Part shown: positions 27,883 to 33,712 of the stretch, in pieces
How the letters are laid out: the number at the start of each line of letters is the position of its first letter
Numbering within the stretch: position 1 is the first letter of the stretch
From: a virus
IMG/VR virus record: IMGVR_UViG_3300025108_000005
Direction: 5' to 3' (one strand)
DNA length: 53,694 nt
Notes under the pieces: model-generated
What the model was told of the DNA's origin: nothing
Databases searched by the model: none
What the model saw: only the letters and a program-made list of their open reading frames with translations
Translations under genes and position numbers: made by a program

Positions 27883-28953
27883 TTAACGCGCCAAGTATTC
27901 TATTCGCTCTTGCCAATATTCAAATATGTCGTCGGATGTTTCAGCCCATATTGACGCGATGCCACGCTCGCTTTCGTCGCGCAATTGAACAGCGCCGTCG
28001 GTTGTCTGAAACGCCGTCAACACTTCGTAGCGCGTGTGATCTGTTCCGTCACCATATGACGCGCCGTTTGATTGTTGCGTGTGGGTGACAACCGCGCTTT
28101 CGCCAACGCGCTGCCGGATTTCAGTAACAGCGGCGCGGACGCGCTGCTCACTACAGCCGGTTGCGTCCATGATGTCGCGCGTTGAAACGCCACCATTATC
28201 ATTGCGCATCATGGTGTACTGAACGCCAACGCGTGAATTTCTGCGAAATGGCCCAACCGGCGTATCTTGAACAATTGTTCTGGTGCCATTTTCAACGCGG
28301 TTTTCAATTGTGTGGTTGATGAAATTCAAAAGGAATTTTACCCAATTGATAATTTTGTCCGCGTCAATTGTGCCACCATGCTGACGAAATTCAATTGTGC
28401 CACTACGCCATGTGTCGAGATTAATCGCATAGAATTTGCCATGATTTAATTCGCTAATTGTTGAAGCGTTTTCTATGCGCGATGCGCTCAATGGTTGCGC
28501 GTATCGGTTCATGGTGCGCGAACGTGCAAACATACTATCCAGCGTTGCTTGCTGGCGCTCATAGCGATACATGATGTCCTTTACCACCACGGCGTCCATA
28601 GGTTCACCATGCGCTGACAGAAAACCACCACGCGCCTCAGTGTGTGCAATGCTTGCACCAGTAAAATCTGCGGCGTTTACGCCGTCTAATGGCGCGTTTG
28701 AAATGTGAACGTGCAAGCCACATGATGTATTGATTGCACAACCAACGTTTTCCAAAACGCGGCAAACGCTTTTGATATAGTCCTCAGCAATTGGATGATT
28801 GCCCAATGGTGGCAATACGATTTCAGCGTCAACGTTCGGTGTGCCGTCTGGCTTTACTTGGCAACCGATAATTCCAGCGCGTTCCAGTGCATTTTTAACG
28901 CGGCTTATTGAAACGCCGCTTGTTTCGATTTCTATTCCAAATGTGTAAGTCAT
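27883..28953 (-). CDS. Putative amidoligase (Amidoligase_2 / GS-like COOH-NH2 ligase family) with about 110-aa C-terminal extension
   Basis: N-terminal FGIEIE, central CGLHVHIS and GTIEFRQHGGT match my recollection of the Amidoligase_2 signature. The C-terminal STRDIMDATGCSEQRVRAAVTEIRQRVG looks HTH-like. Confidence 0.75.
   Translation of the reverse strand: MTYTFGIEIETSGVSISRVKNALERAGIIGCQVKPDGTPNVDAEIVLPPLGNHPIAEDYIKSVCRVLENVGCAINTSCGLHVHISNAPLDGVNAADFTGASIAHTEARGGFLSAHGEPMDAVVVKDIMYRYERQQATLDSMFARSRTMNRYAQPLSASRIENASTISELNHGKFYAINLDTWRSGTIEFRQHGGTIDADKIINWVKFLLNFINHTIENRVENGTRTIVQDTPVGPFRRNSRVGVQYTMMRNDNGGVSTRDIMDATGCSEQRVRAAVTEIRQRVGESAVVTHTQQSNGASYGDGTDHTRYEVLTAFQTTDGAVQLRDESERGIASIWAETSDDIFEYWQERIEYLAR
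28269..28280. promoter_or_regulatory. Perfect 12-bp palindrome GAACAATTGTTC (copy 2, inside the amidoligase CDS)
   Basis: Encodes RTIVQ at about residue 224, where the recognisable amidoligase core ends. Confidence 0.85.
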
Positions 28954-29068
28954 TGTTTTTGTTACCTTTTTTCTAGATTGTAGGGCAAAGCTGTCGCCCT
29001 ATACCTAGTTTATGCGCCATTTTTTCCCATAATACAAGGGGTTTTGTGGGATATTGTGGGATAAACCA

Positions 29069-29080
29069 GAACAATTGTTC
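29069..29080. promoter_or_regulatory. Perfect 12-bp palindrome GAACAATTGTTC (copy 3)
   Basis: Lies upstream of the amidoligase gene. The extended match GAACAATTGTTCGGGTT(A/G)TTG is shared with copy 4. Confidence 0.85.
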
Positions 29081-29110
29081 GGGTTATTGATTTGACCAAC
29101 GCCGCGACAC

Positions 29111-29138
29111 AAAAAAAGCGCGCCAAAATTGACGCGCG
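29111..29138 (-). terminator. Rho-independent terminator (minus strand)
   Basis: Minus strand reads GCGCGtCAAttTTGgCGCGC followed by ttttttt. Confidence 0.7.
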
Positions 29139-29183
29139 AAAATCGGTTTTTTTTATATTTATAGAGAACGCGCGCGATCATGC

Positions 29184-29236
29184 GTGTGTATATGTGTATA
29201 TGTGTGTAGTTATATATACATAGGTATATATACTAT
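29184..29236. repeat. Alternating purine-pyrimidine (TG/TA)n tract
   Basis: gtgtgtatatgtgtatatgtgtgtagttatatatacataggtatatatactata. Confidence 0.85.
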
Positions 29237-29237
29237 A

Positions 29238-29299
29238 CCCCGAACCCCGAAGCCCGAAGCCCGAACCCCGAAAGCCCGACCCCGAAGGATCAGGCCCGA
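29238..29299. repeat. Tandem heptamer array (G/C)CCCGAA (TTCGGG(G/C) on the minus strand)
   Basis: Five perfect back-to-back 7-mers at 29238-29272, then three more units with small spacers up to 29299. Confidence 0.9.
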
Positions 29300-29303
29300 T
29301 TGT

Positions 29304-29600
29304 TTATTTCATTGTATGCGCAAGTGTTGTCATTGCACTCGTTGTCGGGTTCCCGTTGTTCACGATAAAAGTATAGCAATGAACGTTGCAGGCAAGAACA
29401 CCGAAGCGTTCAGCGTCATGGTATCTCATGAATTGAGGCTCCTCATCCATATCAACTGGTTCAGAAGTGCCGTAGTTTTTAACTGCCCATTGGCAAAATT
29501 CTTGGAAAGGCTTTTCGTCCTCATATTCAAACCCGCTCGTGTCATCATAAAACAGCGCGGTTGCCCAAAACTCGGGCAACTCCAGTGTGATCGTTTCCAT
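29304..29600 (-). CDS. Hypothetical acidic protein
   Basis: Start re-set to the ATG at 29598-29600 (TAATG coupling, SD GAGGGGG). 98 aa, METITLELPEFW... Confidence 0.75.
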   Translation of the reverse strand: METITLELPEFWATALFYDDTSGFEYEDEKPFQEFCQWAVKNYGTSEPVDMDEEPQFMRYHDAERFGVLACNVHCYTFIVNNGNPTTSAMTTLAHTMK

Positions 29601-29788
29601 TATTCCACCCCCTCTAATACTTCCATTGCATGCTCTAAGGCTTCTTGCTCGTTGTCGATTCCGTAGCAAGTAAAGCAATGATAATCGACCCACTGTCCTT
29701 GGATCGGGGTCTGCAAGTTAAAAGTTGCTGACTCGTTCCACTCAATGCGAAGATAATCGCCGTTATGCTCTAATTCCCAGTGTTTCAT
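29600..29788 (-). CDS. Hypothetical small protein
   Basis: 62 aa with SD AAGGAG. Confidence 0.75.
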   Translation of the reverse strand: MKHWELEHNGDYLRIEWNESATFNLQTPIQGQWVDYHCFTCYGIDNEQEALEHAMEVLEGVE

Positions 29789-29799
29789 TGTTTTTCTCC

Positions 29800-30111
29800 T
29801 TAATATCTGGCTGCGTAATAGCGCATTTGATCAATGGCCACATCGTTTGCAATTTTATAATTACCTTCGTCGTACTGACGCATAATAAATGCTTTCAGCG
29901 CATTTTCGTTATTGCAAATAAAATCCAAGAAATCGTCACGATCTTCTTCGTCGTCAAAATCAATCACTCCATCAATATTGCGCGATGCATCTCTAAAAAC
30001 GATGTCGTGCTTTAGAAACTGATCGTCATATGAGCCATTGTCTTTGATAAGAGTGTTCAGCACTTGCTCTGTGTCGTACTGCCTACCTGTTTCGATCATT
30101 TTAAAAAACAT
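29800..30111 (-). CDS. Hypothetical acidic protein
   Basis: Start re-set to the ATG at 30109-30111 with SD GAGGAAAAAG. 103 aa. Confidence 0.75.
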   Translation of the reverse strand: MFFKMIETGRQYDTEQVLNTLIKDNGSYDDQFLKHDIVFRDASRNIDGVIDFDDEEDRDDFLDFICNNENALKAFIMRQYDEGNYKIANDVAIDQMRYYAARY

Positions 30112-30143
30112 TTTCTTTTTCCTCACTACTAGACTGTAATCCC

Positions 30144-30172
30144 ACATTATCCCACACATTATTATATGTCAA
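30144..30172 (-). promoter_or_regulatory. Sigma70-like promoter for the 3-gene cassette
   Basis: Minus strand reads TTGACA(30167-30172)-17 nt-TAATGT. The spacer carries TGGGATAatgTGGGAT. Confidence 0.45.
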
Positions 30173-30195
30173 CACAAAATATAAAAAAAATTATG

Positions 30196-30486
30196 CCGGG
30201 CCGTGCCGGGTAAAACTGCCGGGGATTCATCCGGGCGCGAACAATTGTTCGGGTTGTTGTTCCGGGAATGCGTCGGGAGTTTACCGGGAAGGAGTTCCGG
30301 GCAGGCCAGCGACGGGAAGATGTTACCGGGGAGCTTTACCCGAACAATTTCTCGGGTTATACTATACCCGGAAGCCCGAATCCCGAATGCCCGGAGAGCC
30401 GCAGAGCGCCCCTAAGAGTTAACCCGAACAATTTAGGCACCCAGACACCCCGAAAACCCGAAACCCCGACCAGACGGCCCCGAAAA
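30196..30486. repeat. Dispersed short-repeat array: about 12 (C/T)CGGG units at 10-14-bp spacing, then about 7 CCCGAA units
   Basis: CCGGG/TCGGG at 30196, 30206, 30219, 30231, 30250, 30262, 30273, 30284, 30297, 30311, 30325. CCCGAA at about 30339, 30374, 30381, 30423, 30449, 30457, 30479. Confidence 0.85.
30239..30250. promoter_or_regulatory. Perfect palindrome GAACAATTGTTC (copy 4; 14-bp CGAACAATTGTTCG here)
   Basis: Embedded in the CCGGG array. Confidence 0.85.
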
Positions 30487-30531
30487 CGGCTCTGAGGGCG
30501 GGCGGAAGCCCCTCCCCTCCAAGAGTTCCCG

Positions 30532-31056
30532 CTATTCTGCGGCTTCGCCGTTACAATCAGTTATAGGGATTGGTTCGGATTCTGTGGGATTTTCTGTTGG
30601 TGTTACGTCAATCATGCGATTTTTAGCACGATCCATAAATTCTTGCAGTTGTTCTACGATTTGATCCCTGCTGAGATTATCAACGTGTTCGTGTGTGACA
30701 TGGCTACGCGCTACCATGAGGCCCGTGACCTTTAGCCTAAGTTCTTCTGCTTTGATAGCTGCGGAGAAGTTGCCTTGCTCCCATGCCTCATCGCGCAACC
30801 GCTGCATATCCCGAACAGATTTGGTTATTGTTACGCCGTACTTGCTTTCGAGTTCTTGGCGCATTTCTTCCATGCGTTCTTTTACGCGTGGATGATTGAG
30901 AAGCTGCACGGCTGATACGTTCGGGTTTTTATATCCCGCTGCTCTGGCTGCTGCGGTTTGCGTCATGTCTTTGTGAATGTAGTTATCAAGAAACTTCTGC
31001 TGCGGGGGAGTTAGTCGCTTTTCCCCTTTTGCTATCTGTTCTCCGACCTTTGGCAT
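30532..31056 (-). CDS. terS: Terminase small subunit (Terminase_2-like HTH)
   Basis: LTPPQQKFLDNYIHKDMTQTAAARAAGYKNPNVSAVQLLNHPRVKERM is the typical TerS N-terminal HTH, followed by a coiled-coil core. Confidence 0.75.
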   Translation of the reverse strand: MPKVGEQIAKGEKRLTPPQQKFLDNYIHKDMTQTAAARAAGYKNPNVSAVQLLNHPRVKERMEEMRQELESKYGVTITKSVRDMQRLRDEAWEQGNFSAAIKAEELRLKVTGLMVARSHVTHEHVDNLSRDQIVEQLQEFMDRAKNRMIDVTPTENPTESEPIPITDCNGEAAE

Positions 31057-31101
31057 TTGTGCTTCTACCCGAATAATTTCTCGACTTGTTCCCCTGCTGT
31101 T

Positions 31102-31129
31102 ATACTACCCGATACGCTGCTGCGGTCAA
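31102..31129 (-). promoter_or_regulatory. Possible terS promoter
   Basis: Minus strand reads TTGACC(31124-31129)-16 nt-TAGTAT(31102-31107). Confidence 0.4.
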
Positions 31130-31190
31130 GTGCTACATTTCCCAAAATATCCCAACATTGCATCGGGCTGCGCTGCGTTAAAAAACATCA

Positions 31191-31226
31191 GGGGGGGGTT
31201 AGTATATACCCCCCCTTATAGGGGGG
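31191..31226. repeat. Homopolymer G8 / C7 / G6 tracts able to form alternative hairpins
   Basis: G8 at 31191-31198, C7 at 31209-31215, G6 at 31221-31226. The TATAGGGGGGTG box also occurs at 27751-27764. Confidence 0.85.
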
Positions 31227-31390
31227 TGACGTAGATAACGTAAATTAACCTATTGATTTTATTACGTTATTTACGTCAAAACGACTTTTTAACGTAATTC
31301 CCGTAAATCGTTAAACCGTTGATTTTATTACATATTCTACGTTACGTTACTTACGTCAGCTTTTGACGTAAATTATTTTGACGTAAATTA
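31227..31390. repeat. ACGT-core repeat array (TGACGTAA / TTACGTCA), including a perfect tandem 15-mer
   Basis: About 10 ACGT cores in 160 bp. ttttgacgtaaatta occurs at 31361-31375 and 31376-31390, with inverted copies at 31270-31281 and about 31350. ttgattttattac is duplicated at 31253 and 31319 (66-bp period). Confidence 0.9.
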
Positions 31391-31415
31391 ATATAAAATA
31401 GTTTATAAAAAGTTA

Positions 31416-31445
31416 TTGACAGTCCCAAACTATCCCATATATAAG
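31416..31445 (+). promoter_or_regulatory. Early rightward sigma70-like promoter
   Basis: TTGACA(31416-31421), spacer gtCCCAaacTATCCCAt, then TATATA/TATAAG. AAGGAGG lies before the ATG at 31484. Confidence 0.6.
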
Positions 31446-31483
31446 ATGTATATTCTAGTAAGCAAGGAGGCTACAGAATCCAC

Positions 31484-31879
31484 ATGGATTACACAGCAAA
31501 AACACGAATCATCCGCGATCTACAGGGCGACCTATTAGATAGCAATCACGCAACCCGCCGCTTTTTCCGCTGTTGGTTGGACGGCTCTTATTTGGGCGAG
31601 GAGCACTACAGGGACAACGTTGCGTATTTGCGCCAGTCTTTGTCTCGCTATGGCGTAGGCATGAAGTTAGAGGCCAAAATTCGCGGTTGGGTGATTGGTC
31701 AATTTGTGCGCTACACGGCGCACGATGCTCAGTGTTCACACGGTTACGCTCAGAGGGTTATCGTTGACACGGTTGATGGCGAAACGCTGTCAGAGTTGAC
31801 GCATCATTTAATCACGGACGCGCTTGATCTGATTGAAGATGATATTCGCGAACATTTGAAGGAAACTGCTAATGTTTGA
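31484..31879 (+). CDS. Hypothetical early protein
   Basis: 131 aa with a strong SD AAGGAGG. Confidence 0.85.
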   Translation: MDYTAKTRIIRDLQGDLLDSNHATRRFFRCWLDGSYLGEEHYRDNVAYLRQSLSRYGVGMKLEAKIRGWVIGQFVRYTAHDAQCSHGYAQRVIVDTVDGETLSELTHHLITDALDLIEDDIREHLKETANV

Positions 31880-32099
31880 GATTGAAAAAGGTATTCCGAT
31901 TCCAGATGGCGAGGGGCGTGGGCGCGAGAAAAGCCCATTGCGCCTTGCTGTGGAGAAAATGGAAGTTGGCGATAGCGTTTTGGTTAGTAAAACGCACCGT
32001 CAGCAGCTTCATGCCGTGTCGAATACACTTGGCATTAAGTACAAAACCCGAACAATTTGCAAAGAAAGCAAAACGGTTCGTTTTTGGCGCACAAAATAA
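31872..32099 (+). CDS. Small hypothetical protein (MFEIEKGIPIP...VGDSVLV...VRFWRTK)
   Basis: 75 aa, overlapping the upstream stop. Confidence 0.8.
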   Translation: MFEIEKGIPIPDGEGRGREKSPLRLAVEKMEVGDSVLVSKTHRQQLHAVSNTLGIKYKTRTICKESKTVRFWRTK

Positions 32100-32103
32100 C
32101 ATT

Positions 32104-32126
32104 GGGGGCGCAATGCCCCCTTTATT
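32104..32126 (+). terminator. Weak terminator or attenuator hairpin
   Basis: GGGGGCgcaatGCCCCC followed by tttatt. Confidence 0.45.
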
Positions 32127-32143
32127 CTAGCAAAGGAGAAGAC

Positions 32144-32545
32144 ATGTATTATTTAGCATATGGAATGAACACGAACCGCGAGGCTATGGCTGCGCGATGC
32201 CCTAATGCCAAGCCTATGGGCGGCTTTTATTTACCTGACCACCGTTTGACGTTTCGCGGAGTGGCTGACTTTCGCTACGATGCTGACATGGTTTTACCAG
32301 TTGTTTTGTGGGAGATTACGCACGATTGTTTGAGGGCGTTAGACCGACTTGAGGGCTACCCGACTTTGTACGACCGCCGCAAGATCAACGGCAATTGGTT
32401 GATTTACGATATGAACGGCAACAAGGGCGCACTGGGCACACCGTCTGGCGGCTACTATAAAATGATTGAGGAGGGCTACCGAGACTTTGGGCTTGATGAT
32501 TGGTATTTACGCGCTGCGGCGAAAGATGCGGAGTTAGCGGCATGA
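32144..32545 (+). CDS. Gamma-glutamyl cyclotransferase-like (AIG2/GGCT family) protein
   Basis: Start re-set to the ATG at 32144 with SD AAAGGAGAAG. MYYLAYGMNTN...ALDRLEGYPTLYDRR matches the YxxYGSN...LD.xEG..Y.R signature. Confidence 0.8.
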   Translation: MYYLAYGMNTNREAMAARCPNAKPMGGFYLPDHRLTFRGVADFRYDADMVLPVVLWEITHDCLRALDRLEGYPTLYDRRKINGNWLIYDMNGNKGALGTPSGGYYKMIEEGYRDFGLDDWYLRAAAKDAELAA

Positions 32546-32688
32546 GCAAGAAAGATTTACTGATTGCGTTGCTTGAGGAAATGGAGAGCGACCTAAAGCG
32601 GATCGACTGGCAAGATATTTTTATTGCTGTTGCTGTGTTCGGTTTAGTTGTTCTCTGGATTTGGGGGTGTCATTATCAATGGTGGTAG
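32542..32688 (+). CDS. 48-aa protein with C-terminal TM helix
   Basis: ATGA overlap with the GGCT stop. MSKKDLL...IFIAVAVFGLVVLWIWG. Confidence 0.6.
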   Translation: MSKKDLLIALLEEMESDLKRIDWQDIFIAVAVFGLVVLWIWGCHYQWW

Positions 32689-32716
32689 ACCCTGACACAA
32701 CCCGAATAATATGAAG

Positions 32717-32747
32717 CCCCCGCCTGATAACGAGCGGGGGTTTTTTT
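32717..32747 (+). terminator. Strong rho-independent terminator
   Basis: CCCCCGCctgataacgaGCGGGGG followed by T7. Confidence 0.85.
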
Positions 32748-32788
32748 ATGCGTTACAATTCTGGGCGAGTTTCCCCCGATGAAACCTG

Positions 32789-32817
32789 TTGACTTGGGAT
32801 TTATCCCATGCTATGTG
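32789..32817 (+). promoter_or_regulatory. Sigma70-like promoter between two terminators
   Basis: TTGACT-17 nt-TATGTG. The spacer is the inverted repeat TGGGATttATCCCA. Confidence 0.55.
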
Positions 32818-32823
32818 AGGGGT

Positions 32824-32906
32824 GCTTGGGTTTCCGATCATTGTTTCCCCAAGCATGCTTCATGGACTAGACTAGCCCCCGACTTGAAATAGTTGGGGGT
32901 TTTTTT
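32824..32906 (+). ncRNA. Candidate small RNA of about 80 nt (own promoter, internal hairpin, own terminator)
   Basis: Hairpin GCTTGGG(32824-30)...CCCAAGC(32848-54), then a terminator at 32876-32906. There is no ORF and no SD in the interval. Confidence 0.45.
32876..32906 (+). terminator. Rho-independent terminator
   Basis: CCCCCGACttgaaataGTTGGGGG followed by T7. Confidence 0.8.
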
Positions 32907-32919
32907 ATAATTTTTTTTA

Positions 32920-32948
32920 TTGACACTGAATAAATTATATTATATGTA
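32920..32948 (+). promoter_or_regulatory. Sigma70-like promoter
   Basis: TTGACA-17 nt-TATGTA, followed by TGGGAT. AAGAGGAG lies before the ATG at 32983. Confidence 0.6.
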
Positions 32949-32982
32949 TGGGATGTCTAGCATATAAGAGGAGTTTAATATC

Positions 32983-33420
32983 ATGGGCTTAGATATGTAT
33001 TTACGCGGCGACAAGTTCGTCAGTTCTTGGGATCATTCGCAGCGCGATGAGAACGGTAGGTCGTTAGAGGTAAAGCGTCCACAGATGGATGGGTTTGAGG
33101 TTACGTCTTACGTTCTTGACCTTGGCTACTGGCGCAAGTTCGCGCCGTTGCACACTTTCATCGTGAGAGTGTTTGCGAATGACGAGGATAATTGCCAACC
33201 GATTGATTTGGGTGCCGAGGATTTGCGCCGTATTGCTGCCGCAATTCGTGACGGTAATTTGCCTGATGATGAGGGCAGCACTGGTTTCTTTTTTGGTTCG
33301 CCTGAGTTCTGGGATGAGTACCGCGCCGAGGCTGAGGAGCATGCGCAGACGTTCGAGAAAGCTGCGGCTTGGATTGATTCCGATTCTTGGAACACCGTTA
33401 CCTATCAAGCGAGTTGGTAA
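32983..33420 (+). CDS. Hypothetical acidic protein (MGLDMYL... family)
   Basis: 145 aa with a strong SD. Confidence 0.85.
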   Translation: MGLDMYLRGDKFVSSWDHSQRDENGRSLEVKRPQMDGFEVTSYVLDLGYWRKFAPLHTFIVRVFANDEDNCQPIDLGAEDLRRIAAAIRDGNLPDDEGSTGFFFGSPEFWDEYRAEAEEHAQTFEKAAAWIDSDSWNTVTYQASW

Positions 33421-33421
33421 G

Positions 33422-33712
33422 ATGAAAGACATGTTGATCGAGATGCAAGAGACGCCGATCATGGACCCGTGTTCCGAGTGCCGAGGTACGGGGACCGTTG
33501 AGTATGAGGTTGCGCGTCCTCAGAGTTTCAGTCGTGACATTGGCGAGATCGATGTTGAGGAGAAGACTTGCGAGGCGTGTGCTGGCGGCGGCGAGGTGCC
33601 GCGATTGTGTGATTGCGGTGAGGAGGTAACGAAGGCCCGATTGGATGGCAATGTTCATTACATTATCAACGGGCGTGATTTTGACAAATGCGAGGAGTGT
33701 GCGAATGCATAG
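33422..33712 (+). CDS. DnaJ-type (CxxCxGxG) zinc-finger protein
   Basis: Start re-set to the ATG at 33422. Contains CSECRGTG and CEACAGGG plus CDCG and CEEC. Confidence 0.8.
   Translation: MKDMLIEMQETPIMDPCSECRGTGTVEYEVARPQSFSRDIGEIDVEEKTCEACAGGGEVPRLCDCGEEVTKARLDGNVHYIINGRDFDKCEECANA

Noticed and set aside
29184-29666. 160-aa plus-strand ORF (MCICVYVCSYIYIGIY...PRTPKPEARTPKARP)
   Set aside because: The N-terminus is just the translation of the (TG/TA)n tract and the CCCGAA heptamers. The rest is antisense to well-supported minus-strand genes.
29238-30486. CRISPR array
   Set aside because: The repeat units are only 5-7 nt with no unique spacers of CRISPR size, and there are no cas genes.
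30203-30495. Two overlapping plus-strand ORFs (70 and 75 aa) in the CCGGG/CCCGAA array
   Set aside because: They are low-complexity translations of the repeat array, with no SD and mutually overlapping frames.
31869-32130. Alternative ORFs 31876..32130 (+) and 31869..32102 (-) overlapping 31872..32099
   Set aside because: The chosen frame has an ATG overlapping the upstream stop and a protein-like sequence. The others lack translation signals.
33064-33712. ORFs 33064..33462 (-), 33126..33395 (-), 33398..33658 (-) and the long N-terminal extension of 33173..33712 (+)
   Set aside because: They are antisense or out of frame relative to SD-supported plus-strand genes. The extension overlaps 32983..33420 in another frame.
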